A stretch of 64,000 bases of DNA, from NCBI GenBank assembly GCA_963822175.1, contig CAWGGJ010000004.1, positions 107,349-171,348 of the forward strand, written 5' to 3'. This document shows, piece by piece, positions 10,105 through 20,023 of the stretch (the first letter of the stretch is position 1; every line of letters starts with the position of its first letter). The translations under genes were made by a program, and so were the position numbers. This stretch comes from an uncultured Chloroflexia bacterium. Lineage in GTDB: Bacteria > Chloroflexota > Anaerolineae > Anaerolineales > UBA4823. The notes beneath the pieces are model-generated. The model saw only the letters and a list, made by a program, of their open reading frames with translations. It was not told the DNA's origin and ran no database searches.

Positions 10105-13086
10105 CTATCTGACCAAATCTTCGGCCTTGACGTATGCATTCAAGGCTTCCTGTAAATCATCAGTCCGGAAATACGCATCTCCGAGGGTCACCCACAGGTC
10201 TACATCGACTGGAAATCGATAGAGCGCTTCCTGTAAGTCCTTAATCACTTCTTCGAGATGATAATTTTGTTTGATCAATCCTGAATAATACTCAGCGGCT
10301 TGTGAGGGCTGTCCCTGGCTGATCGCATTTCGAGCATCATCGAACGTGATAGTTTCAATTTCTTGCGCTGCGATTTCAGGTACTGACAGTTCTTCTGTTG
10401 AAGTTGGGGTAATTTCTACTTCTCCTGTTACTAATTCTTCTTCAACAGCTGCTTGTTGGATTACTGCCTCGGTTGGTATCACAATAGCTGGTTGAGCGGA
10501 TGTTGGTTCTTCAGCTGCCGATGCTGGTTCTTCTGCTTTAGATTCTGCAAATTTGGCTGCAGCAAGCCCAGCAGCTATGGCTGTTTCTGGTGTCCATTCT
10601 GATTTTGATTCAGCTTGAGGAGCATGCGTATCTACAACCACCCGGGGCACTTCTAATTCGGGTACTCCTTCGGACGGTGGTGTCTCAGTGATCTCTTTGA
10701 GCCATTCTGGTAATTCTTCTTCTTTCCACTCCAAAGCTACAGGAATTTCAGTCTCTCCTGGAACTGTTTCTTGATTTACAGCCAAAATTTCACTTTCTGT
10801 TTCCGGCTCCTCCAGATCATGCAACCATGCGGGCAATCCTTCACCTGGTACTGTCTCGGTCTCGGGTGATGTTACTGATGGATGTTCAGTAGTTGCTTCA
10901 TCTATTTCTGATGTTTCGCCCAATCCTTTGATCCAATCAGGTATACCTTCTGACGTGATCGCTGGTACAACCTCTTGTTCAGGCTTTGTCTCAGGAAATG
11001 TTTCTTCTGAGGTGATAGGCTCGACCTCAAGCTTCACCCATTCTGGAGGAATATCCTTCCGTTCTTCAGAAGGTGTGATCAATTCCTCTTCTTTAGCACC
11101 TTGCTCAGCAGCTAGTTTTTCTAACCATGCGAATGCAGCAACTTCACCAAGAGTTGGAGCGACATCGCCTATTTCATTTGTTTCAGCTGGTCTAGACTGT
11201 ACAGGTTGGGGTTCTTCGGTTGGGGTAGAGGCTTCCTCAACAGCTGTTGCTGCCACGATCACTGCCGTAAATGGCGGTTCTTCGTGAGATCTATCTGCTG
11301 GTTCTTCGCTTGGTATTAATTTATCTGTTTCTGGAATCTCAGATGTCGGTGTTTCCAAAATTGGCTCAAGAGATTGAATTTCTGGTAATTTTTCTTCCGG
11401 AAGTTCTTCTGTGATCGCGGCGATTTCCTCAGGAGGTTTTTCAGAAAGTTCAGTAAGCCAATCGGGCAGCTCCTCAGAAGTATCAGCGGCTGGCTCTGAG
11501 GTAGTAGGAATCTCCGAAGGAGGTGGTATTTCTGCAGCAATCCTCTCAGTTTCAATGATTTGTTCAGCTGGTTTATCCGATGGGATAACCTGAGGCTCTT
11601 CTATCTTCTGCGATCTATTTACCACAGCTTCTGCAACAAAGGCAGCGGGTAGAGCAGATATTGCTGGTGTTTCATCAGCTGTAATTTCTGCTGGTTCTGA
11701 CGCTGATACTGGTAAATCTAGGTCTTTTAGCCAATCAGGGATCTCTTCTTCTATATCAATAGACTCTGCTTCTGAAATACCTGAGGTAGTTGGAATTTCT
11801 GGATTAGTATCTTCCAGCCACTGAATGATTGAATCTGTCGGTCCAGGTGTTCGTTTCTCTAACCAGGGGAGGGTAGTTTCTTTTTCATTGAACTGAGAAC
11901 CAGGTGTTTCATCTTCTAAAACTCCTTCCGGAGCAATCCCTCGCAGCCAGTCCGGAATATCTGCTTTAACAGGACTCTCGTCTTGTGAAGGAATGATAGG
12001 TGTTGGTTCAATTTTCTCTTCAGAAGGTATCTGCGCGGCTTCAGCAGTAGCAGGTTGCCAACCAGCATCCTTCATCCACTCTGGGACATCACTTTCAGGT
12101 TTTGGTCCATCGATAATAATTTTCTCAACCTCCTGGGTATCCCAGATAAAAGGCGAAACACCGGGTTGGGCATCTACAGCAGGTTCAACAGGTTTGGGAG
12201 CTTCTGATCCTTTTAACCAATCTGGTAATTTTTCCTCTTGTGGTTTTCCCAATGAAATTCCTAATGACGCAGCCCATGCCGGTTGAGCCGTTGCTTCACT
12301 CATTTGTATTCCTGATTTCCATTCCAGTTTTTCGATATTAACCGCATTCTCAGCAACCTGGTCTGATGATATTGCGTCTGCACTGGTATACGCGAAATAC
12401 GGATCCATTGCTATTGCTATTTGGCGATAATTATTGCGAGCCTCTGATTTCTCGGATTCTGGTAGGCAAACAGCCAGGATTTGATTCGCCGCCAAACAAA
12501 ATGGTAACTTCTTTAGAATATTTATACATGTCTCCACAGCTTCAACACGTTGAGATGTTTGGAAAAACATCTGAGCAAGTAATAGTTGCAAATCTGGTCG
12601 ATTGGGATCTTCTGTAATTGCACCACGCAGCTCAGCGATCGCCTGGTCAAACAATCCACCCTTGGCATACATTCGTGCCAGGGCGCCACGGGTCAACCTC
12701 ACTTTTGGAGGCTGCAGTCCATCTCTGCGGCCATATAGACGACGTAATTCATCCTGGATGGCAACATTAGATGGCTGGGCTTCATAGGCGAGTTCCATAT
12801 GCCATATTGAAGCGTCTAAATTGTTTTCATCCTCACGAATGATGCTCATACCGACATTAGCGATGAAATCATCTGGGATAGCCGATAGGACCCGTTGAAA
12901 AATATCTGTGGCATCGCTTATGCGTTGTTGTTCAAGATGAGACTTACCTAATAATCGATACGTGGCAATATGCTTTGGAAAAGTAGTCAAGATGTGACGG
13001 CAATGTGCTACAGCTTCGTCTAACTGCCCGTTATCGATTAAGCCTTCTATCTCACGATTGTATGCTCGTAATGGGATAATCGTCAT
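10105..13086 (-). CDS. Large TPR-repeat protein with an acidic, Pro/Glu-rich central region carrying repeated [LIV]P[DE]W[LIVM] motifs
   Basis: 993 aa. TPR-like helices occupy about aa 1-260 and the last about 80 aa. The middle roughly 520-650 aa is low-complexity (E/P/T/A) punctuated by at least 12 PDWL-type motifs. Confidence 0.8.
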   Translation of the reverse strand: MTIIPLRAYNREIEGLIDNGQLDEAVAHCRHILTTFPKHIATYRLLGKSHLEQQRISDATDIFQRVLSAIPDDFIANVGMSIIREDENNLDASIWHMELAYEAQPSNVAIQDELRRLYGRRDGLQPPKVRLTRGALARMYAKGGLFDQAIAELRGAITEDPNRPDLQLLLAQMFFQTSQRVEAVETCINILKKLPFCLAANQILAVCLPESEKSEARNNYRQIAIAMDPYFAYTSADAISSDQVAENAVNIEKLEWKSGIQMSEATAQPAWAASLGISLGKPQEEKLPDWLKGSEAPKPVEPAVDAQPGVSPFIWDTQEVEKIIIDGPKPESDVPEWMKDAGWQPATAEAAQIPSEEKIEPTPIIPSQDESPVKADIPDWLRGIAPEGVLEDETPGSQFNEKETTLPWLEKRTPGPTDSIIQWLEDTNPEIPTTSGISEAESIDIEEEIPDWLKDLDLPVSASEPAEITADETPAISALPAAFVAEAVVNRSQKIEEPQVIPSDKPAEQIIETERIAAEIPPPSEIPTTSEPAADTSEELPDWLTELSEKPPEEIAAITEELPEEKLPEIQSLEPILETPTSEIPETDKLIPSEEPADRSHEEPPFTAVIVAATAVEEASTPTEEPQPVQSRPAETNEIGDVAPTLGEVAAFAWLEKLAAEQGAKEEELITPSEERKDIPPEWVKLEVEPITSEETFPETKPEQEVVPAITSEGIPDWIKGLGETSEIDEATTEHPSVTSPETETVPGEGLPAWLHDLEEPETESEILAVNQETVPGETEIPVALEWKEEELPEWLKEITETPPSEGVPELEVPRVVVDTHAPQAESKSEWTPETAIAAGLAAAKFAESKAEEPASAAEEPTSAQPAIVIPTEAVIQQAAVEEELVTGEVEITPTSTEELSVPEIAAQEIETITFDDARNAISQGQPSQAAEYYSGLIKQNYHLEEVIKDLQEALYRFPVDVDLWVTLGDAYFRTDDLQEALNAYVKAEDLVR
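10650..12230 (-). repeat. Protein-level array of short linear motifs (LPDWLK, VPEWMK, IPDWLR, LPWLEK, IQWLED, IPDWLK, LPDWLT, FAWLEK, PPEWVK, IPDWIK, LPAWLH, LPEWLK) inside the TPR protein
   Basis: Motifs read directly from the translation. The first is at aa 287 (about nt 12228) and the last near aa 805. Spacing is irregular, about 20-70 aa. Confidence 0.7.
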
Positions 13087-13160
13087 AATTCTTCGCTCCG
13101 AACGTTAAGTATGCCTTATTCTAGCAGAAGATGCAAGAGTTTAGCCAATTATAAAAAAAA

Positions 13161-13181
13161 TCCCTCCCAGTTCGGGAGGGA
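13161..13181 (-). terminator. Rho-independent terminator downstream of the pyrophosphatase gene
   Basis: TCCCTCCC-agttc-GGGAGGGA is an 8-bp GC-rich stem. An A8 run on the + strand (13153-13160) gives a U8 tail on the minus transcript. Confidence 0.8.
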
Positions 13182-13197
13182 TCGGAATTACTTGATT

Positions 13198-15582
13198 TTA
13201 AGATTTGATATCCAATGGTTTAGCTGGTTTCTTACTTGTTACTATTGCCCAACCCACAGCAACCAGAAGAAGCAAGCCAACAGCATATGAAACTGTGGTA
13301 TTTTGACTGTACTTGACGATAATGGGGGCAGCAATAAGGCTGACGAGATTCACTACCTTGATCATCGGATTCAGTGCTGGGCCAGCAGTATCCTTCAGTG
13401 GGTCACCAACGGTATCACCAACCACTCCGGCTTTATGTCGCTCGGATCCTTTTCCGGTATTTGCCTGGATATCGCGCGGTTCATCCTCAATGGATTTCTT
13501 GGCATTGTCCCACGCACCACCAGTATTTGCCATGAAGACAGCCAGTAACTGCCCGCTCATAATAATGCCAGCCAAGAAGCCTCCTAAGGCTTCCACCTGG
13601 AGGATAAGTCCCACAGCAAGAGGAAGCAGGACAGAAATTGTTGCCAGGGGGATCAACTCCTTCTGAGCTGCTGTGGTGGAAATGCCTACTACCTGGGCAT
13701 AATCAGGTTGAACCTTGCCTTCCATTAATCCTGGTATCCGGAATTGACGGCGTACTTCTTCGACGATCAAGCCCGCGGCTCGTGTTACAGCTTTAATTGA
13801 AAGTGAACTGAATAACCATGGCAGCGCACCACCCAACAACAATCCAACAAAGACTCGGGTATCCGAAACACGGATGGCATCCATCTTCTCAAATCCCAAC
13901 TGGAGCTGAACGCGGCCAACATCAGTTATAAATGAAGCAAATAAACTCACAGCCGCAATAACAGCAGAAGCAATCGCTACACCTTTGGTAATCGCCTTTG
14001 TGGTATTGCCAACTGCATCCAGATCTGCCATGATCTGGCGTGCTTTTCGTGTTTCTTCATCGTCAAGGTCATGCCATGACATTTCACCGATACCGTTGGC
14101 ATTATCAGAGATTGGGCCATAGGAATCCATAGCGACATTATTTCCAGTGTGACTTAGCATACCGATGCCGATCATAGCAACCGCATAAAGCACATACATG
14201 GTGCCATCCTCATTGTATAGTAATACAGCTAAAATAAAGCTGATCACGATCACAACGAGAGCCCAGACGCTTGATTCCATACCCACAGCTAAACCAGAAA
14301 GTATTGTAGTTGCAGGACCGCCCCGCGTTGATTCTACAATCTCCTTTACTGGTGACTTCTTGGTGGATGTGAAATATGAAGTTAGTGGATTGAACGCAAC
14401 TGCGAGTCCGACACCGATGGCAGTCAGTGCAGCTAATCTCCAGTCATTCGCATACCAGATAGCCAGAATGAAAGCCCAAAAAACTGTATTAATGCTGGAT
14501 ACTTCATAGGAACGGAACATCGATTCTTCAGCATCATGGGCACGCAGGAATTTGATGGGGAACTTTTCCCAAATTGGAACAGTGAAGGTACCGAGAATAG
14601 AGCTGATCACACCGATTGCGCGTATTATGAGTGGATAAACAATCCATTTAAGATCACCTGTCATTGCAACCAGGGCGAGACCAAGGATCAATCCTGAAAC
14701 AATGGTGACTTCATAGCTTTCAAAGATATCAGCTGCCATACCTGCACAGTCACCCACATTATCTCCTACAAGGTCTGCGATTACCGCTGCATTTCGGGGG
14801 TCATCTTCGGGAATATCCTGTTCTACTTTTCCGACCAGGTCAGCACCGACATCTGCTGCCTTGGTATAAATCCCACCACCGACACGCATAAATAATGCAA
14901 TCAGAGTGCCACCAAATCCAAATCCTAAGAGTGCATCGGGAGCAGCACGACCAAATACCATGAAGATGATCGTGCCACCTAATAATCCTAATCCATCCGT
15001 AAGCATTCCAGTGATAGTGCCAGCATAATACGCAATAGAAAGTGCTTCATTGAAACCCCGCCGTGCAGCAGAAGCAGCCCGTACATTCGCCTGGATAGCC
15101 ATGCGCATCCCAAGCTGACCTACCGTAAGAGAGAAAGTGGCTCCCAGGACAAAGGCAAAGGCGCGTGCTACACCAATAATAACCAGGATTTGATTGTAGG
15201 CAGCTGGATTGCTCTCTTGTGTGATTCCTTCGGCGCAGCTGTTTAATTCATCAATATTATGAGCATCTACACCCTGCAGGAAAATACAATGCCACTCTCG
15301 AGCTTCAAGCGATGGAGGTACGATATACACTGACGCAAAGAGTGCCACAGTCAGTACCAGGATCAATGGAAGGATTGAACGCAGCTGCCGACCTAAATAG
15401 CTATTTGCCCCGATACGGATAGCATTCCACACTTCCTGCATTTTCTCAGTACCCTTATCCTTCTTTAATACATTACCTCTTAAGATCCACGCATAAAGAA
15501 GGCTGATGAAGGCAGTAATCACAACACCGATAATTGCATATTGCTCAAAAGTACTTAAGCCATGCTTAGCAAGGATTTCCAT
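13198..15582 (-). CDS. hppA: Membrane-integral H+-translocating pyrophosphatase, K+-independent type
   Basis: Conserved GGIYTKAADVGADLVGKVE, DNVGDCAGMAADIFESY, GNTTKAITKG (the Lys at the A/K position is linked to K+ independence) and VGDTVGDPLKDTAGP. The start is moved to the ATG at 15582, which is preceded by GGAGGAG. The track start at 15660 adds 26 non-conserved residues. Confidence 0.9.
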   Translation of the reverse strand: MEILAKHGLSTFEQYAIIGVVITAFISLLYAWILRGNVLKKDKGTEKMQEVWNAIRIGANSYLGRQLRSILPLILVLTVALFASVYIVPPSLEAREWHCIFLQGVDAHNIDELNSCAEGITQESNPAAYNQILVIIGVARAFAFVLGATFSLTVGQLGMRMAIQANVRAASAARRGFNEALSIAYYAGTITGMLTDGLGLLGGTIIFMVFGRAAPDALLGFGFGGTLIALFMRVGGGIYTKAADVGADLVGKVEQDIPEDDPRNAAVIADLVGDNVGDCAGMAADIFESYEVTIVSGLILGLALVAMTGDLKWIVYPLIIRAIGVISSILGTFTVPIWEKFPIKFLRAHDAEESMFRSYEVSSINTVFWAFILAIWYANDWRLAALTAIGVGLAVAFNPLTSYFTSTKKSPVKEIVESTRGGPATTILSGLAVGMESSVWALVVIVISFILAVLLYNEDGTMYVLYAVAMIGIGMLSHTGNNVAMDSYGPISDNANGIGEMSWHDLDDEETRKARQIMADLDAVGNTTKAITKGVAIASAVIAAVSLFASFITDVGRVQLQLGFEKMDAIRVSDTRVFVGLLLGGALPWLFSSLSIKAVTRAAGLIVEEVRRQFRIPGLMEGKVQPDYAQVVGISTTAAQKELIPLATISVLLPLAVGLILQVEALGGFLAGIIMSGQLLAVFMANTGGAWDNAKKSIEDEPRDIQANTGKGSERHKAGVVGDTVGDPLKDTAGPALNPMIKVVNLVSLIAAPIIVKYSQNTTVSYAVGLLLLVAVGWAIVTSKKPAKPLDIKS

Positions 15583-15898
15583 GATATCTGTTTCTCCTCC
15601 ACTCTGGGAAAAATATACTAAACAAACAAAATTCCCACACGCATTTGCGTCTGGGTGCACGAAAGCGAACTAAACGGTAACTATGCATTTATTAATTGTT
15701 ACGTACTGGTGGCGATATTTTACCTAATCAAATAAAAAAAGTCAATTACATCGATTAAAATGCTATAGATTAGCATTTCATTAGACTTCGATGAACTACT
15801 TGACTTTGCTCCGTTTTTTAATGTATAGTCTTACTCAGTGACTAAAATATCTATAAAAAAAGATTATTCGGACACAATTTTTGAATAATCACATTTAT

Positions 15899-15940
15899 AG
15901 CACAGCCTCCGAGAGTTCGGTTGCCGTGCTTTTTCTTCTT
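15899..15940 (+). terminator. Terminator-like or attenuator-like hairpin plus T-run in the leader of the ABC-2 operon
   Basis: Imperfect hairpin AGCAC..CCGA-gagt-TCGG..GTGCT followed by TTTTTCTTCTT. It ends 18 nt before the ATG at 15958. No + strand gene lies upstream for it to terminate. Confidence 0.3.
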
Positions 15941-15957
15941 ATATACAGGAGAGGTTT

Positions 15958-16911
15958 ATGATTGAAGTGGAAGGATTGACGAAAGATTATGGTCATCGGA
16001 GAGCGATCAATAATCTGACATTCAAAGCCAATTCTGGTGAAATATTAGGATTTCTAGGTCCAAATGGGGCTGGTAAAACGACTACTATGCGTATTCTCGT
16101 TGGATACATGCCCCCGACAATGGGTGTTGCACGAGTTGCAGGTTTTGATGTTGTAGAACAATCGCTTGAAGTAAGGAAACGAGTGGGTTATCTGCCCGAA
16201 ACTGTGCCTTTATATCCTGATCTGACAGTCTTCGATTATTTAAAATTCATGGCAGATTTACGCCATATTAAAAATGCTGAAGACCGTGTGGATGATGTTC
16301 TTGAAATTGTCCATATGGAAGAACGGAGCAATGGATACATCAGCAATCTATCCAAGGGCATGCGTCAAAGGATTGGGCTGGCACAGGCGCTCCTACACGA
16401 GCCAGAGGTGCTTATCCTCGATGAGCCCACCATTGGGTTGGATCCGGCGCAGATCAGGGAAGTGCGTAAACTGATTCGTGAGATAGGACAGCAGCGCACA
16501 GTTCTGCTTTCCACCCATATCCTTTCTGAAGCACAACAAATATGTGACCGGGTGCTAATCATTAACAAAGGTGAAATAGTTGTCGAAGATACTCCAGAAA
16601 GGTTACAGGCAGGGTTAACCGGTGTACAGCGGATAGCAATTAAAGTGCAAGGGGACAGTGATGGATTGGAAAAAATACTCCACGAAATGTCTGGCGTAGG
16701 GAAAGTATCCCACATCGGAGAAGGATCGGTCGAAGTCGAATGTCCACCTGGAAAAGATTTACGCCCAATCATCGCCAGGAACCTGGTGAAGGCTGGATAT
16801 GATTTATTGGAACTCAGATCGATCGACATGAGCCTGGAGGATATTTTCATCCAACTAACCCATGAAGAACCTGAACTGCCCAATACAGATGACTCAGAAG
16901 AACAAGCATAA
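15958..16911 (+). CDS. ABC transporter ATP-binding protein (ABC-2 / GldA-like)
   Basis: Walker A GPNGAGKTT, signature LSKGMRQR, Walker B LILDEPT. Confidence 0.88.
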   Translation: MIEVEGLTKDYGHRRAINNLTFKANSGEILGFLGPNGAGKTTTMRILVGYMPPTMGVARVAGFDVVEQSLEVRKRVGYLPETVPLYPDLTVFDYLKFMADLRHIKNAEDRVDDVLEIVHMEERSNGYISNLSKGMRQRIGLAQALLHEPEVLILDEPTIGLDPAQIREVRKLIREIGQQRTVLLSTHILSEAQQICDRVLIINKGEIVVEDTPERLQAGLTGVQRIAIKVQGDSDGLEKILHEMSGVGKVSHIGEGSVEVECPPGKDLRPIIARNLVKAGYDLLELRSIDMSLEDIFIQLTHEEPELPNTDDSEEQA

Positions 16912-16969
16912 CAACTTGGTATCGGTTAATTTTTCAGTAGTTTTATGACAGAATTAAGGAGGGTTTCGC

Positions 16970-17710
16970 ATGCGAAATATTTGGATAATCGCACGCAGGG
17001 AATATAAATACTATTTTACTAGTCCTGTGGCTTATATTGTAGCCTTCTTTTTTATGCTTATTTTAGGATTGCTTTTCTATATAAATTTACGTGGCGCCAT
17101 ACTTCAATCCATGTATCAAGCTTATGCTCCAGGAGTTCAAATCGCCATAAGCCCAATGGTGACATTGCTAATTTTTGTTTTGCCTGCAGTAACAATGAGA
17201 ACTATAGCAGATGAAACACGTACAGGTACGATGGAGTTATTATTAACTGCACCAGTAAAAGATTGGGAGCTAGTAGTAGGTAAATGGTTTGGAGCATTTT
17301 TATTTATGCTCACTTTACTGGCGATGACTTGGGTTTTTCCGATCATATTAAATTTCCTGGTAAAACCAGGTATAGACCAAGGTATTTTAATAACAGGATA
17401 TTTAGGATTGTTATTGATGGTAGCAAGCTTGCTTGCCATCGGAGTGTTCATTTCATCACTGGTTAATAATCAGCTCGTTGCTTTTTTTATAACCCTGCTC
17501 ATTATCTTGGCCTTATGGTTCATATCGCAGCTGGCATCCATGTCAAGTGGTCTGGGAAGTCAGGTATTGGGATTCTTCGGTTACATCGATCATTTCTATA
17601 GTTTTTATCAAGGAAGTATTGATCTGAGTGATGTTGTTTATTATCTGAGCTTGACAGCCTTAGGACTTTTTCTTGGAACAATATCGGTTGAAATGCGGAG
17701 GTGGCGCTAA
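16970..17710 (+). CDS. ABC-2 family permease (GldF-like)
   Basis: 246 aa with 6 predicted TM segments. Operon position is between the ATPase and the GldG-like gene. Confidence 0.7.
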   Translation: MRNIWIIARREYKYYFTSPVAYIVAFFFMLILGLLFYINLRGAILQSMYQAYAPGVQIAISPMVTLLIFVLPAVTMRTIADETRTGTMELLLTAPVKDWELVVGKWFGAFLFMLTLLAMTWVFPIILNFLVKPGIDQGILITGYLGLLLMVASLLAIGVFISSLVNNQLVAFFITLLIILALWFISQLASMSSGLGSQVLGFFGYIDHFYSFYQGSIDLSDVVYYLSLTALGLFLGTISVEMRRWR

Positions 17711-19284
17711 TGACACCCAACTCTCGTATAATCGCTCGTAGAGTCTGTATTTCAGTATCGCTAGTTGCTTTGGTAATAGCAATTGGATTATATATTGTCC
17801 AACAACAAATATCCTTGGCCGTGCAAATAGGGTTGGGATTGTTTATTATTGGCCTGGTTGCATATATTGCCTTAGATCCAAGCTCAATTCGGTCTGCCTT
17901 GGCTGGCCGCCAGGCAAAATATGGTAGTAATGCACTTGTGTTAGTTATTGCATTTGTAGGCATACTGGTGGTGGTTAATTATCTGGCGTTTAAAAATACC
18001 AAACAGTGGGATTTAACCGAAGATCAATCAAATACATTGGCGAATGAAACTGTGGAAGTACTAAAAAGTGCTCCAGAAACGATCATCGCTAAAGCATTCT
18101 ATTCTTCCGATTCTCAATTAGCAAACGCGAAAGATAGCACTCAAACCCTTCTCGAAAAGTATGTTTATGCTGGAAATGGAAAATTTAAGTATGAATTTAT
18201 AGATCCAAATAAGAATCCCTCTGCAGCACAGGATGCGGGTATCAGTAGCGATGGAACGATCGTGCTTTACATGGGGAATCAAAAACAAACAGTGGCAAGC
18301 ACGACAGAATCTGATATCACCGGAGCGATGGTCAGGCTAATAAATCCTGGTGCAAATGTAGTTTATTTCCTGACGGGTCATGGTGAATTTCCAATCGATG
18401 GAGGTTCGGATCAAAGTTATACTGAACTAAAAACCACGCTGGAGGCTAGAAATTATAAGGTCGAGAGCTTGAACTTACTAATTGCTGGTCAAATTCCACA
18501 AGATGCCAATGTCATTGTCATTGCCGGTCCTGATGAGCCGCTATCCAGTGAAGAAGTCAATCTATTGGATGAGTATCTAAAAAGTGGTGGTTCTCTGGTT
18601 GTTATGGAAAATCCAGGCATAATTACAAATTTTGGGACTGATGATGATCCCTTGGCAGGTTATTTATCTAATACATATGGAGTAATCCTCGGCAATGATG
18701 TGGTTGTTGATGTAACAGGTAATCAGGTGTATCAGAACGCATTTTTTGTCATCGGCACACCATCTGGAGTTCATGAAATCACCAATCCAATCAGCAGTCT
18801 TGTGACTGGATTCAATTACGCCAGAAGTGTATCAACAAACAATTCTATAGGAAATGAATTTACCAAAACAAAACTAGTTTTTACCGCTGATCAATCGTGG
18901 GGTGAAACTGATATGGCATCGCTTCAAGATGGCAGCGCACAATATGATCCGGATGTTGATATGATTGGTCCTGTGGCTCTGGCAGTCTCAGTCCAGGGAA
19001 CTGGCAATGATGAACGCCTGGTTGTGTTTGGGAATTCAGATTTTGCAACAAATGCTGGTTTTGGATGGTACGGCAATGGAGACTTGATCATTAATTCTAT
19101 TGATTGGGCTGCCAAGGCGGAAAATTTGATCAGTCTCACTCCCAAGCAGACTGTAAATCGTACCCTGGTTCAACCTCAAGGCTATACGATGGGGTTGATC
19201 TTATTGGTTTCATTGATAATATTACCAGGAGTAGTGATTGTTGCCGGTGTCAGTGCATGGTTGATCCGTCGTAAACAAGGATAG
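17710..19284 (+). CDS. GldG-like ABC-transporter auxiliary protein (N- and C-terminal TM anchors, large external domain)
   Basis: The ATG at 17710 overlaps the permease stop (TAATG); the track's GTG at 17701 is the alternative start. The architecture (TM, about 450-aa soluble region, TM, ending RRKQG) matches GldG-family proteins. Confidence 0.65.
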   Translation: MTPNSRIIARRVCISVSLVALVIAIGLYIVQQQISLAVQIGLGLFIIGLVAYIALDPSSIRSALAGRQAKYGSNALVLVIAFVGILVVVNYLAFKNTKQWDLTEDQSNTLANETVEVLKSAPETIIAKAFYSSDSQLANAKDSTQTLLEKYVYAGNGKFKYEFIDPNKNPSAAQDAGISSDGTIVLYMGNQKQTVASTTESDITGAMVRLINPGANVVYFLTGHGEFPIDGGSDQSYTELKTTLEARNYKVESLNLLIAGQIPQDANVIVIAGPDEPLSSEEVNLLDEYLKSGGSLVVMENPGIITNFGTDDDPLAGYLSNTYGVILGNDVVVDVTGNQVYQNAFFVIGTPSGVHEITNPISSLVTGFNYARSVSTNNSIGNEFTKTKLVFTADQSWGETDMASLQDGSAQYDPDVDMIGPVALAVSVQGTGNDERLVVFGNSDFATNAGFGWYGNGDLIINSIDWAAKAENLISLTPKQTVNRTLVQPQGYTMGLILLVSLIILPGVVIVAGVSAWLIRRKQG

Positions 19285-19288
19285 AACT

Positions 19289-19912
19289 ATGGTCCGCCGT
19301 TCAACGTTGATCTTGTTGGTCGTATTCGCATTATTAGTAGGAATTGCATGGATATTGCAACGCAACCAAACGAATAAACAGGAAATTGCTGCCACTATGA
19401 CACCAACAACCACTGTCGCTTATCTCTACAACCTTAGTGGCAGACAGGTAGACGATATAAATATTACTGATTCCTATGGAAATCAAGTTGAGGTTTATCT
19501 AGATTCAGCAAGTGGTAACTGGGCAATAAGAAACCTGCCAATTGAGCAAGCTGACTCTATTCAGATCGAATCCATCACTGCACAGCTGTTGGCATTACAG
19601 GCTGTTGAAACATTGATCCAACCACCTCCATTGGATTCGATCGGTTTAGAGGCACCGACATACACCATCAATATAACGACCACTGATGGAGGCCAATTGG
19701 TAGTAAATGTTGGATCAATTACGCCAATCGGTACTGGATATTATGTCAAGGTAGGGTCGGATAGGATCGTGATTGTGGATAAGGTGGTCATGGATGACAT
19801 TGTAAATTCATTATCCAATCCACCTCTCTTGCCAACAGCCACACCTGAAGTGGTTTCTACGGAACCGGTTTCACCGGCTGAAAGCTTATCTACAGGAACT
19901 CCAATGCCATAA
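19289..19912 (+). CDS. Membrane-anchored DUF4340-like protein
   Basis: 207 aa with an N-terminal TM helix. It follows the GldG-like gene by 4 nt, the usual DUF4340 context. The family call is from memory. Confidence 0.45.
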   Translation: MVRRSTLILLVVFALLVGIAWILQRNQTNKQEIAATMTPTTTVAYLYNLSGRQVDDINITDSYGNQVEVYLDSASGNWAIRNLPIEQADSIQIESITAQLLALQAVETLIQPPPLDSIGLEAPTYTINITTTDGGQLVVNVGSITPIGTGYYVKVGSDRIVIVDKVVMDDIVNSLSNPPLLPTATPEVVSTEPVSPAESLSTGTPMP

Positions 19913-20023
19913 GAGTGTTATGGAAGAAAGTCATATGAATTGGCACTTGATTTTCGTTAAAAAAAAGTGTATTCTGAATAAATACAGCAGAAATATATTT
20001 CCCGGGTTTATTCCGGTTCGAGA

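Noticed and set aside
10928-11287. Antisense or shadow ORFs inside long genes. Examples are 10928..11287, 11993..12286 and 12366..12617 in the TPR gene; 13313..13666 and 14198..14509 in hppA; 16365..16883 in the ABC ATPase; 5064..5426 in the MFS gene; 62634..63206 in the P-type ATPase.
   Set aside because: Each lies fully inside a gene on the opposite strand that has strong family motifs. Their translations are low-complexity (S/G/A/P-rich) with no recognisable motifs. These are typical frame shadows.
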